From positions 18,600,001 to 18,664,000 of the forward strand of contig NC_047019.1 in the NCBI RefSeq assembly GCF_902652985.1: DNA of 64,000 bases. The letters run 5' to 3'. The translations under genes were made by a program, and so were the position numbers. Source of the DNA: Pecten maximus (lineage: Eukaryota). The notes below the pieces were generated by a model that was not told the origin of the DNA, did no database searches, and saw only the letters and a program-made list of their open reading frames with translations. Numbering within the stretch: the first letter of the stretch is position 1; each line of letters opens with the position of its first letter. This document shows, one piece after another, positions 40,143 to 54,280 of this stretch.

Positions 40143-42439
40143 TTGCATACAAAGATCATTTGTCGTTTTGTTAAAAGTTTGTTTCTCCGTATATCACACC
40201 GATAAACTGTTCATTTGGACGTTCGTTTATTCCGTTTGAATATCAGTGTCAGGTAAAATCGGTTTAAATGAAATTAAGTAACACGTTTAATACATAACAC
40301 CATATGAATGTTCCTATTATATTCTTAGGGTACCGTAAAGCTTGTTATTTTCGCGAGATGATAGCTTTGCTATTTCGCGGGTCATTGGCGTGGCCATGAA
40401 AGTTTGATACGTGAAATTATAAGACATGGGAAGATAGCATCCGTGAAATAAGCTGTAGGCAGCACTGTCGTCATATTGTGTTGACATTTGCCGACACAGG
40501 AACCGCCAATCATCCAAAGTTATTTCAACAATTAAAATACTTCTTACCGAAGTTGATATACAATATCAACAATCACGTTATAAACATTTTGATTTGGTTT
40601 ACATTTGCTAAACAGAATAAGACATTTTATCTGGTGTACGTAAATAACCTACTATTAAAACATTATATGATGCACTGTACAGAAGCTTGTAGTTTTCTGT
40701 CACTAATTCAAGTAGTAGTATTACGTTCATTGGCATATTCAAGCTAACAGTATTAAAATGTATTGTGACTTATCAAAAACTTTTTAAAAAATGGCAATAT
40801 TAAAAGTGAAAATGAAATAAATAAAAACTTATCACAATACCGAAAGACTTCATGAGATAAAATCTTTATTAAAACCTAGGGAAATGGTATGACGCTATAT
40901 CTCCTTGAATCTGAGTAAGACCAAGAAGGTAGTATATTTTTTTATAATCAGGAATAAAATAATCACATGATACTAAAGTCCTACTTAAGTCGTTAGCCCA
41001 ACGTTTTAATGAGAGTTATTATATTAAAAAACTGCTGTTGAACAGGCTTATGTCAACAATACAAATGCTTGGTTCTTAAAACACATATATTGTACTCGTA
41101 CTGTAACTAGTAATAGACCGAAGCACATTAATGAATATCGTTATGTTTTAAAGCATGACCACGTATCTGATCTAAGTGATAACCCTACATGCAAATTATC
41201 ATTGGGAATAACACTGAAATAATTTATTAGTATTCAGGACCTCCAGGTAAGTACACATCCCAGCCGCTCGTTTCCAACCTTCTTTTCTAGGTAATAGTCA
41301 ATCTTAGAATCCAGTACACGTCCAATAGTACGTCTACTTGTATTGATAGCGTGGTCACATAACACTGCAGCAGCCAGTATACACTAGTCAGTCCCATTCG
41401 ATTGTCCAATTGGAGTTATCTCTCTGATAATAATAGTCGAGTATGTAAATTGCGAGTATGTGAACTGGGTGCAACATACAAATTTTCTACTTTGGGCAAA
41501 CACAAATACATGTAATTACTTTAAAAAGGTATAGAAGTCAAACTAGGTTACTTTTAATTTGTGATGTTGTGATATTACTGTCGTACATGTCACAACTATG
41601 TACTTCTAACGCCGATCGCTATTCATGGAATAGGGGAGCCCTCATCAGAAAAGAATGAAGGCGTTCCTTAAGTTTTCAAAGGGTAATGGCAATGCAAATA
41701 GTGTAAAAATTAAACGTTTTGAAAGAATAAACGATTTGTAGAGCGAATGGTCAAAATGAATCATCACCTATTTGGAATTCCTAAAAATCCACATTTCGTT
41801 AATTCCACTTTGGTCCATAATAGGAATCCGATACGACTCTAGCCCTTACTTACAAATGTACTTGCAAAAGAATGCTTGTAAAAAATTTGCATAGAACCTT
41901 TATTGATCAAAATCTCGAGCCAGCAATACAACGTAGCACATAAGATTTTTTTTTTTTTTTTGAAGATTGGAACACTGAGGAGTAATTGGCCAGTATTTCG
42001 CTATTAGAAAAAAAAAACCAGGAAAATATGTAGGTTGCGATACCATTGTTATTAAGCAAGTCCTGCTCCTTCTGCAAATAAATCAAAATAAATTAAAAAA
42101 AAAAATCAAATTATTTTATGCCTCATCTGCCAGCACAACCATTAAATATATCTTGAACATTTGTGAATCGTTAAGTAAGGCATTGACATGGAGATGATAT
42201 CAAGAAATTCAGACATTTTGCTTTTATTTTTGGTTTTGAACTGATTATTGTTTTTAGAATCATGGTCCTGATGTATCTAATCTACTTTGACATCGAATCC
42301 AAGACGACAGGCTCTCGTTTAGCTATTCTCGGGTATTTTCTTCGACGCAACGGATGTATCCTGACATAATTCCTAATCTTTCGGATGGCGTTATTCGACA
42401 ACTCAGAAGTTAGATGTTAACGGCAGCACCTGTCCATTA

Positions 42440-43157
42440 ATGTATATAGAGGATATTGAATGGTTCCCAGTTTAATATAACATCTATTTCACGAGTATGA
42501 TAGAATATCGATATTTTCACTGGTGCGAAGCACGAGTGAAAAATATCGAAATATTCTGTCATAAGAGTAAAATATATGTTATATTTAACGGGAAACCATT
42601 CAATTTTCTTTTTATTGCCTTTCATTAACTTATTTAATTGTGTACAAAATTAAAAATATCGAAAACTTAATAGCGTCAAAAAGTCCGGAAATCAGTTATA
42701 ACGTCATCTCTTTGTGACGTTACTCCACGTCAACTTGACGGCGCCATTTTGAAAGGACTGATCAACACAATTTAAGTGTTTTCTGCTGTTATAGGAGATT
42801 CTGTGCATGAATAGCTAACGTCAAGGGAGTATTTTATCAAAAAAATTGTCTAAAAATTTCAGAAATACAGCAAAATAACCAATTATCTATCTCCGCTTCG
42901 ATTGGAAAAAAATTGGCAAATTTCTAAGAGGTTATACAAAGGTCCACTTTGATTTGTTAAAAACCGAAAACTTGTATTTTCACTGCAAAATCTTTTATTT
43001 TCACTGCAAAATCTTATATTTTCACTGCAAAATCTTATATTTTCACTGCAAAATCTTATATTTGCACTGCTCGTCACTGCAGTGAAAATAATAGTTTTAT
43101 TAGTTTGATAAATTTCTATATTTCACTGGCAAAAATGCAAGAAAGGAAAATATTACG
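42440..43157. mobile_element. Non-autonomous interspersed repeat with subterminal hairpins and an internal 21-bp tandem array
   Basis: Begins tatatagaggatattg, has the hairpin atattttcact...agtgaaaaatat, and carries (ttttcactgcaaaatcttata)n at ~42978-43070. Three copies occur in the window; superfamily not assigned. Confidence 0.7.
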
Positions 43158-43849
43158 CGATTTTTTACTAGTATTATAATTCATCTTGATAATTCTTTAC
43201 AGATCATTTAGAAGGTGGTGGTCAGTTTAATGTAAGACTAACTATTTTAACAGGCATATACATTTTCCTCGTTTATAGCCAATATAATAAAGCAGTTATA
43301 TAGAAATGGTACAACGCCACGTGGGAAAGAACTATGTCTGTCCAGCAATAAGTAGAAGTCACATCAGGCGGCCCGTACGATGTATCTCCCATACAACATG
43401 AAAATGGTAAGCTGTGAATCAAACAAGAAAGTAAAGAATTTTCTCGTTTATGGAAAGTGCCTAAGGTTTCCGAATGATACCGAAACTTGACGGAATTGGC
43501 TGAAATGCTTGTCATTTGTTTTGGAACAATGTTTAGTCGTCATTACAAAATTAAGAAGCATATGATTAATATAATTATGAATTTGCTCATGATAGTAACG
43601 ATATACACATGTATAAATCCATCAAACATTAAAATACTCTCATATTTTTGTTTCCATTTCTCAATATCACCTTAACATTGTCTGGGTAAAAAAGGGATAG
43701 CGACTGAAAAATACCATTGCATAATTAAGCAGTAAAAAGGGTTTATTATAACATATGCATATCATTCTACCGCTTGACATATATACTGTATACATTACTG
43801 AGATAAACAGCAATACAGAAGATAATTATTTGCAATGATGGCAATTTAT

Positions 43850-44660
43850 CTTACCTTGGACATGGATATCCGCAGTTTTACCTCGGAAAAAGACAAGCTA
43901 CACGTGCTCTTTGAACGTGCTCATGTTCTCGTTAGGGTAACGTCACTATGACCTGACCCGGAACTAAGTTTACGGGGTCACACATGCATATGTCTGCCTG
44001 CTTGTTTACCTGTGTGCATACTATTTGTGGAAGATTTAAATCGTAGTGAAAATGTTCAAAATCGGTAATATGGTAACTGCATGGCGCAAATAAACAATCA
44101 ATATCGTAAGGTGTAAAGCGTCTGCTACAGTCTTATCACAGCGGTTATCCGTCCTCCACGTGTTGTTGTTTACATAAGTTTTGATTTGCTTCACACTACG
44201 ATTGAAAAACATGGTAAGAGGACAGGGATATCCGCAGTTTCACCTGGGTGTAGATTGTCTTTTCTCACCCTAGGGAAAAGACAAGCTACACGTGCTCTTT
44301 GAAGGGTACTCTTGTTCTCGATCTGGTGACGTCACTATGACCTGACCCGGAACGTTTGGATGTGAAATATCAATATTATTCACAAAAGAAATTTAAAATA
44401 AGTAATAATTATCAGAGTTAACATAGTGTTTGGTGTTCTTTTTGACAAGCTAATCGGGAATTTATATTTTGTATGAAATCAATATCGTAAGGTCTAAACG
44501 TCTGCTACAGCCTTATCACAACAGTCATCCGCCGTCCACGTGTTGTTGTTTACATACGTTTGGATTTGGTTCACACTACAATTGGAAAACAGGGGAAGAG
44601 AAAAATAATCATTGAGATCCTCCTATCTCACCCAAAAGGGGTTAAATATTCTATCTGTCT
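43850..44660. mobile_element. Repeat-like insertion with an internal ~375-bp dimer, upstream of esterase copy 3 (paralogue 55625-56495)
   Basis: ggatatccgcagttt..gaaaagacaagctacacgtg and aatcaatatcgtaagg..cacactac each occur twice. The block is absent at the equivalent position upstream of copy 1 (~30700). Confidence 0.6.
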
Positions 44661-45344
44661 CTACTATAATGGAAAAAAAACAGTGTTGGCTTAAGAATTA
44701 CTCTCTGTGAAGATGAGATAACCATGACTCACTCCTCATCCACAGGGGCTTAAATGACATATTACGTTTTTTTTTAATTAAGTAGTCTTTTCCGTGGTCA
44801 AGCAGATGGAAAGAGATAAAAGACTAAATAAGTTTCGGCTGTATTTCCTTCGTTGTTGTAAGATGCATTGTCCTACCTTAAAATAGCTACTAGCTCCTAT
44901 TCCTACTCCAAATGGTATTTTAAGCCAGTTCTGCCAAGACGCCGTTTATTCGTACTAAAAAGAAACCCGCAAGGGTGAGATAAGAAATGTGCCAGTGGAA
45001 AAAGTGCCGATACATCTGCCTAGGGTAATATCAATCACAAGACAATTATTCGGGCAGAAAACAAATTTAGTTTTGCAAAAATGAGATAGGACACAAAGGA
45101 TAGAAAAGGGCGATTATATTTAATTTAACTGGTGTAGACGTTTACAGATACATTGCTTGTTAGGCATATAAGATATAATGTATATACTGGTACGCGTAAA
45201 GAATTCGGTCCCGTATTGGGTACAGGTAGACAAAGCGTAGGCCAGACTAGCCAATGATAAGCTCATCCTGTCACGTCATTGCACAATCAGATAAAGAAAG
45301 AAACATATACACATAACCTCATCTTGGCCGAACAAGCACAAGCT

Positions 45345-48100
45345 ATGTCTCATGTATTATATACTTTCGTCGCTGTAATATTTTGTGAATATGTCATCAG
45401 TGAACCAACAACAAGTGTAGAGACACAATGTGGACTCGTGGAAGGAAAATATAATGGTGAAGGATATGCCTTTCGTGGCATTCCATACTCACTGCCGCCC
45501 ACTGGAAGTAGACGATGGAAGCCGCCTGTTCCACTCAACAAGGCGTTTGGAAACTGTTGGGATGGAACATTCCAAGCTTTTAACTATGGAAATACATGTA
45601 TGCAGAGAAATCCGGAGAACCCGTCAGCTATTCTAGGAAGTGAGGATTGTCTACCTCAATGTATGGACACCAACTGTAAATAGTAGTGCTAATCTGCATG
45701 TAATGGTCTGGATCCACGGAGGAAGTTTACAAGAATCTAACGCGAATTGGCCAACTTATTGCCCCTCAGAGGAGCTAGCACGTGACACTGATATAGTTTA
45801 TGTGGGTATGAATTACCGCCTCAACGCGTTTGGTTTTATGGCCCTGACAATGTTATCAGAACAGTCTCCGACCAATGCTTCCGGTAACTACGGATTCATG
45901 GACCAAATCCTGGCCCTCAGATGGGTTCGGGATAATGTCAGGAACTTTGGTGGAAACCCAGATTCAGTACGTTCGCTTTTGTATTAAAAGCAGTTTTTAC
46001 AATTTCAAATGATACACAATTTATATAGACTTGAAGGCAAATTTTAGAATTAAGTTGCATATTAATATTATCTAAATGTTACTTAAAACGCTAAAAGCTT
46101 AATCTAACGATACATAATTCTATATTTCATAAAATAACACTATTTGTACTGTGATAAGTGATTATTACGCGTTGTTTTAGTTTCTGAATCACCACTGTAA
46201 GTAATCAATATATCTCATATCTGATCTGTTATAGAAAGACGAAAACGTGTTTAGATCTTTGTTGCCCCCTTAGTCCATTGAACATTCAATTACATTTTAA
46301 TCTATATAAGAGCAATGAACGTATTTCATGTAATAACAATTCCATAATTTTGAAAGGGTACCTTGGATCAAACTGAAATTTGACGAGGGCATCAAGCGCA
46401 CGTAAATGAAATGTTCACAAACGACAGAATAGTTCTCTATCGTCCAATTACATCATATCTACAATCTATATTAATTTTTATTAAACTTGACAATTTCTAA
46501 TTGCGTTTCTCCTCCTTTTCAGCTTATCTGTTCGCATAAATCATGTTTTTCTCTTAGATTTGATATTTACTGCTATTTGTAATAATGTTCACTAGGTCAC
46601 ACTTTTTGGACAAAGCTCTGGAGGAACAAGTATTGTAGCATTGTTGGCTTCGGAACCAGCCAGAGGTTTGTTCCACAAAGCGTGGATGCTTAGTGCCTCA
46701 GTAGTCTTCAACAAAACATCACATGACGCTTCCAATGATAATCTTGTCTTCGTGAAAAACACCGGATGTATAAATGTCACATGTTTATATGCCCTTTCTG
46801 GCTCAGAAGTCATAAAAGCTGTTCCATGGGAAGAGTATCCGTCTTGGGGAATGACTGACCAAGGTGACCTTCCAACAAACGCCCACTTTAATGGTGCAAT
46901 AGCTGTTGTAGACGGTAAATATTATTTCATTCGTTTATTTGTTTAGTTTTACGATTTCCGTTTTATTTTGTTTTCGCTTTCAATAAAAACCTATTTTCAA
47001 TTGATTACCATTTTATTTGCCACTGTATCAAATACATTTACTGCTCTAAACCTATAGAATAATCACATGCCTATTATATGAATACAATTGATACTTCTTT
47101 CGATGTTCTTTCTAAACTTATCTCTACTATTTGTTACTGCGTGCAGGATTAACAGCAATTGATAATTGACTACATGTTTGCTTTATAATATCGTTAGTTT
47201 GAACGGTAAGAAACGTATATGTATGAAGGTTTGTGCAGGTTTAATGTGTTAAGATACGGGAGTTTTAGTTATTTAACTCTTTTATAAATGCATTGTCTGC
47301 CATAAATTATCATTTCAATGGGAAATTATTTTGTGAAAAATGAAATATTAAATCACTGCCTTGTTGGTGCCTAGGAGATGCTGTCACTTATCCTCCTTAC
47401 CAGGCCTGGAAACAAGGTATCGCTATAGATGTCCCATTGATGATTGGTGAGTTCCTATGCTATAATTTAATACATTTAGCCAAATTATGCGTACTTATGT
47501 CGGTGTATATTTTTGCAGGTACTACTGCGAATGAGATCGACTTTGATCCAACCCATTTGACAATGAACACGTGGAACTGGACCGAGTACCAACGCCAAGT
47601 TAAAAAAGCATTTGGGGACGTTTGCATCTGGCCTAGCTGAGGATGCCTTGAAATTATACCCAATTAATGTAACGTCAGCGGGAATATGAGTATACACTGA
47701 TGGGTGCCAGATCCGAGTGGTGTTCCGCATGACGAAAGTCAACGTTATCAGTATGGGTATGAACTCACCGGTATATAGATACGTCGTGACGTCACAGCCG
47801 TAGAACTGTTCACTACTCGGATGCCTTTTCCGTCATCGTATCTTCTATGTGGGACAGTTTGCATACTTTGATACAATCAAAGACTATATAAGCCACCAGA
47901 TCCTCTGATCGACGTTCAGAGCTGGTCAGATGGAAGTTTTCTTTTGTTCGAACCCCGGTGCGCCTTACCACAGGACTGGCAGCCATTTACAACCGTGACG
48001 CACTTCTGTTATGAGGATCGTTTCCGTGTAACAATAAAAGAGTAAAACATGTTTATTTTGGTCCATGAAGGGTTTGCTAGAGTACGGATGGATAAACTGA
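45345..48100 (+). pseudogene. Carboxylesterase copy 3, type A, frameshifted as assembled (possibly an intact gene with sequencing errors); exons 45345-45966, 46596-46914, 47375-47446, 47519-48100
   Basis: A 2-nt deletion at ~45652 (ctttac>ctac) shifts exon 1. Exon 4 is 582 nt versus 605 nt in the other copies, with dense 1-3 nt indels. Exons 2-3 and all splice sites are intact. Confidence 0.75.
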
Positions 48101-49742
48101 TATCAAATGTATAAACATATCTGTAAACATGCGATATATGCAATTGCAAGTAATATTATCTAACGCAACTGTTAATGTACTATTTGAATTTATTTAAAAC
48201 TCACTTCAAATGAAATGAATTCACTTGTCTAATAAATTTATCACCTTATGAACCTTCTATCAGTTTCTTAGTTTATATAACAAAACCTAAGATGTTTCAT
48301 CGATGACCCCCTCCGTCGATACCTGGAAATTGGGATAATGGGAGCAAGGCCTTGGATATCGAACTTACTGGGAGATTCAAACAAAATAAGTCGGGGAAGC
48401 AAGGAGGTTATTATCTAAAAATGGAAAACACCTTATCATAAATTATTTGCAAACTGTACCTGTTGAGTATGCTTTAAGTAAAGATCGAGATAAGCGGCTG
48501 ATGTTGTGGTGTTTTAGTTTCTCTGCTTCCAGGTTCTACAGAATTTAGAACCTACATTGTCAATGAAGTTTTTGTTATCCATTAAGATAACACGTCAATA
48601 TCAATGTATCTATAGGTGAAATTGTCGGACTATGCAAGGTCTGTATAACCGGTTTTGATAGGTTCTTCAATATAAACAGCCTCGAATGAAAACAACAATA
48701 CCAAGTCGGTCTGCAACGAGGTACAGTTCGTTTCCAAGGATACGCCAATAGTCTGTCGAATGATATGAATATCAAATTCAATGATTATGTTGTCGCCTAG
48801 AATTCAAATCATTTTCACAATTTCATTTTCTGATGATTTGTATAGGCCTTCGTCCAGTATATGACAAAAAAATTTTGTTTTGTGTAAGATTGACCAAAAT
48901 CTACCACATTCCATTGATTCCACTCCTATCGGTTTAAAGAACCCACGCGATACTAGCCCTTACTTTTAGTTGTACTGAAAGTTGTATTTAGACGTTTACA
49001 AAATAAAAATAAGTTAAAAAAAACTTTTGAGCAACCAATGCAACGTTGCTTTAGAAATCCAATATAAATGACGAAGATCTACTTACTTTTGATAAGCGTG
49101 TATTTTAGAAGATTGATATACTTGAGAGTGGCTGGTCAGTATTGTGTCTTTAAATAGAGTTACTAATATGTAGGTATGGTTAATCTAGTTTTCAAGCAGG
49201 CCTATGGTTTTTTTTTAAATACGAAATGTATTGTGAATACTGTAGTAATTTCAGACAAGAATCTAAATGTTTGATACCTCATTCACAGGCACACTTATAA
49301 ACCTGTCATATACATTTGTAAATCGTTCAAGGCGATTTAGGTGTTGGGATGATATACAACTAATGTTATGTAGCTTACTTAAACAGACTGTATATTTTTA
49401 ATTGTACATGTTTACACATACCTCATGTGTTCAGCTAATATGATTAAATATATCAAATAGTTTTTGAGCGACGTGAAAGTCGCGTTGTATCTCCTCGTGT
49501 TGTTTTGACGGTTCAGTTAGTTTGTGTATCATTTTTTTTTATCAAACCGATAAACAAATACACAGGTAAACGATATTTGTTTTTGACTGGTTATTACGTG
49601 TAGAGTACAGGTGGACAAGGTTAGGTTAGACTGTCTCGTGGTAAACTAATCCGTTACAACTCCACGTCCTTGTAAGTTTAGATAATGAAAAGAACAAAGT
49701 ACATGCAGACATCACCTTATCCAGAGCGAACACAAAAAAGGT

Positions 49743-52338
49743 ATGTCGCATTTATTATATGCGTTCTTTCGAATCTTCATTTTCATATTTTATGAATATG
49801 TCATCAGTGAACCAACAACAAGAGTGGAGACACAATGTGGACTCGTGGAAGGAAAATATAATGGTGAAGGATATGCCTTTCGTGGCATTCCATACTCACT
49901 GCCGCCCACTGGAAGTAGACGATGGAAGCCGCCTGTTCCACTCAACAAGGCGTCTGGAAACTGTTGGGATGGAAAATTTCAAGCTTTTGACTATGGAAAT
50001 ACATGTATGCAGAGAAATCCGGAGAACCCGTCAGCTATTCTTGGAAGTGAGGATTGTCTTTACCTCAATGTATGGACACCAACTGTAAATAGTAGCGCTA
50101 ATCTACACGTGATGGTCTGGATCCACGGAGGATATTTACAAGAGCTTAGCGGAAACTGGCCAACTTATTGCCCCTCAGAGGAACTAGCACGTGACACTAA
50201 CATAGTTTATGTGAGTATGAACTATCGCCTCAACGCGTTTGGATTCATGGCCCTGACCATGTTATCACAGCAGTCACCGACCAACACCTCTGGTAACTAC
50301 GGATTCATGGACCAAATCCTGGCCCTCAGATGGGTTCGGGATAATGTCAGGAACTTTGGTGGAAACCCAGATTCAGTATGTATTCTATTGAATTTTATTT
50401 TATTTTTTTTTATTTTTTTTTTGCAAATGAATTGCGGTTTTTTTTCAAATCATGTTTTCAATATATCAATTTATAAAAATCATTTGACATATGCTGTATC
50501 TAATTAAAACGTGTTGAAATTGAATGTAGGTTAACAAAATGTCTCAAAAAACACTAGCAATCTGAAATTGCGATGATATAAGCAGTGATGATAAAACAGC
50601 AATTAAGATATATCCGATTAAAAAAATTAATATTCTCATATATAATGCAAAAGCATGGAATGGTTACCGACATTAAGACATGACACTATATATGAGTTTC
50701 CATCTTATACCGTAATGGTGATATGTACTGAAGGCGTTGTATGTAACAATGTTCACCAGGTCACGATATTTGGACAAAGCTCTGGAGGAACAAGTATAAT
50801 AGCATTGTTGGCTTCGGAACCGGCCAGAGGTTTGTTCCACAAAGCGTGGATGCTTAGTGCCTCACCAGTCTTCAACAAAACATCACAGGACGCTTCCAAA
50901 GATAATCTTGTCTTCTTGAAAAATACCGGCTGTACAAATATAACGTGTTTGTGTGCCCTTCCGGGTCCAGAAATCGTCAAAGCTGTACCATGGGATGTGT
51001 TTCCATATTGGGGAATGACTGACCTAGGTGACCTTCCAATAAAAGGCCACTTTGATGGCGCAGTAGCAGTTGTAGACGGTAAAGATTATTCGGTTATTAT
51101 TGTTTGTTTGTTTCGTATTTGTTTCTGTTTATTCTGTTATTTTGTTGACTCTGTGTAAATTCTAAGTAACTGACCATCAGGCTTTCATGACACAAGGTTT
51201 CACTGGTTTCCAAAACACTTATTAACTATACCACAAAGCATACCGACAGCATCTTGTCATGTTTTTTTATGAATACGTTTGACTTGGGTCGTTCTTCATT
51301 TGCTTACGGTCAGCACTTCTTTCTTAACGGACCATAACCATTTTGTTTTTTGGATAAAAAGTATTTCAAAGCTACCAGATATTCAAGTCTCATGATCATT
51401 TATTGCTTAAATACATAACATTATATACTACATCAAAGAATTACTTGATATTTTATGGATTTTGAGTTTAATAATGAATGATAAATTTTGCCTAATTGGT
51501 GCCTAGGAGATGCTGTCACGTATCCCCCTTACCATGCTTGGGAACAAGGTCTCGCTATAGATGTCCCATTGATGATTGGTGAGTGCACAAACTATCAAAA
51601 CACATTGCATGCCAAAACGGTGAAATGAAATCAATATTTTATTTTCTCAGTACTACTATCGTCTATAATGAACCACATATGGAGCAATATCGTTATATAA
51701 TTTCTGTCTATTTTTTCTTCTTTTTTTTTTCAGGTACTACTGCAAATGAGATAGACTTTGATCCAACGCTTTTGACTATGAACACATGGAACTGGACCGA
51801 GTACCAACACCAAGTTGAAAGCCATTTAGGGACGTTTGGACCTGGCCTAGCTGAGGATGCGTTGAAATTGTACCCAATTAATGTAACGTCACCCGAATAT
51901 GAATACACACGGATGGGTGCAGATATTCGAGTGGGTTGTCCGAATGATAAAATGTCCAGAGTTATCAGTATGGGTATGAAATCACCGGTATATAGATACG
52001 TCGTGACGTCACAACCTTCAAAACCTGTTCATCCACTCGGATTTCCTTTTCCTGCATCTTATTCCTTCCATATCTGGGACTTGTTTGCATATTTTGACAC
52101 CATTAAAGACTACATCAAGCCACTAGCTCCTTCTGATCGAAATTTTCAAGATATAATCAGGCGGGAAGCTCTTTCTTTTGTTCGAACAGGCGCGCCCTTT
52201 ACCGGAGGCTGGCAGCCATATTCACAAGGCATGACCGCACTTTTGTCGGAGAATATTTCTGTTGTTGCCCAGTACAAGAGTAAAACATGTTTGTTTTGGT
52301 CCGTGAACGGTTTGCTAGATTACGGATGGATAAACTGA
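49743..52338 (+). CDS. Secreted type-B carboxylesterase, copy 4, type B, intact; exons 49743-50375, 50760-51078, 51507-51578, 51734-52338; 542 aa
   Basis: Signal-peptide-like N-terminus, HGGY, GQSSG, GTTANE, FHIWD and C-terminal YGWIN; canonical splice sites; open frame throughout. Confidence 0.95.
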
Positions 52339-54280
52339 TTGCATACAAATATCATTTGTCGTTTTGTTAAAAGTTTGTTTCTCCGTATATCACATCGATA
52401 AACTGTTCATTTGGACTTTCGTTTATTCAGCTTGAATATCAGTGTCAGATAAAATCCGTTTAAATGAAATTAAGTAACACGTTTAATACATACCACCATA
52501 TGAATGTTCCTATTATATTCTTAGGGTACCGTAAAGCTTGTTATTTTCGCGAGATGATAGCTTTGCTATTTCGCGGGTCATTGGCGTGGCCATGAAAGTT
52601 TAATACGTGAAATTATAAGACATGGGAAGATAGCATCCGTGAAATAAGCTGTAGGAAGGACTGTCGTCATAATGTGGTGACATTTGCCGACACAGGAACC
52701 GCCAATCATCCAAAGTTATTTCAACAATTAAATACTTCTTACCGATGTTGATATACAATATCAACAATCACGTGTTAAACGTTTTGATTCGGTTTACATT
52801 TGCTAAACAGAATAAGACATTTTATCTGTCGTACGTAAATAACCTACTATTAAAACATTATATGATGCACTGTACAAATGCATTGTGACATATCAAAAAC
52901 TTTTTAAAAAATGGCAATATTAAAATTGAAAATGAAATAAATAAAAACTTATCACAATACCGTAAGACTTCATGAGTTAAAATCTTTATTAAAACCTAGG
53001 GAAATGGTATGACGCTATACAATGTATCTCCTTGAATATGAGTAAGACTAAGAAGGTAGTATAATTTTTAAATCAGGAATAAAACAATCACATGATACTA
53101 AAGTTCTACCCAAGTCGATAGCCCAACGTTTTAATGAGAGTTATTATATGAAAAGAAACTGCTGCTGAACAGGCTTATGTCAACAATACAAATGTTTGGT
53201 TCTTAAAACACATATATTGTATTCGTACTGTGACTAGTAATAGACCGAAGCACATTAATGACAATCTTTATGTTTTAAAGCATGACCACGTATCTGATCT
53301 TAGTGATAACCCTACATGCAAATTATCATTGGAAATAACACTGAAATAATTTGTTAGTGTTCAGGAACTCCAGGTAAGTACACATCCCAGCCGTTCGTTT
53401 CCAGCCTTACTTCTTTTCTAGGTAATAGCCAATCTTAGAGTCCAGTACACGTCCAATAGGACGTCTACTTGTATTGATGACATATGACACTGCAGCAGCC
53501 AGTATACACTAGTCAGTCCTATTCAATTGTCCCCTTTGAGTTATCTCTCTGATAACAATGGTCGAGTATGTAAATTGCGAGTATGTGAACTGGGTGCAAC
53601 ATACAAATGTTCTACTTTTGGCTCACACAAATACATGTAATTACTTTAAAAAGGTATAGAAGTCAAACTAGGTTACTTTTAATTTGTGATGTTGCGATAT
53701 TACTGTCGTACATGTCACAACTATGTACTTCTAACGCCGATCGCTAATCATGGAAAAAGTGAGCGCTCATCAGAAAAGAATGAAGGCGTTCCTTAAGTTT
53801 TCAAAGGGTAATGGCAATGTAAAGAGTGTAATAATTAAACGTTTTGATAGAATAAATGATTTGTAAAGCGAATGGTCAAAATGAATCATCACCTATTTGG
53901 AATTCTTAAAAATCCACATTTCGTTCATTCCACTTTGGTCCTAAATAGGAATCCGATACGACTCTAGCCCTTACTTGCTTGCAAAAGAATGGTTGTAAAA
54001 AGTTTGCATAAACCCTTTATTGATCAAAATCAATACAACGTAGCACATAAGATTTGTTTTGCTTTTATTTTGGATTTTGAGCTGATTATTGTTTTAAGAA
54101 TCATGGTCCTGATGTATCTTATTCACTTTGACATCGAATCCAAGTCGACAGGCTCTCGTTTAGCTATTCTCGGGTATTTTCTTCGTCGGAACGGATGTAT
54201 CCTGACATAATTCCTAATCTTTCGGATGGCTTTATTCGTCAACTCAGAAGTTAGATGTTAACGGCAGCACCTGTCCATTA

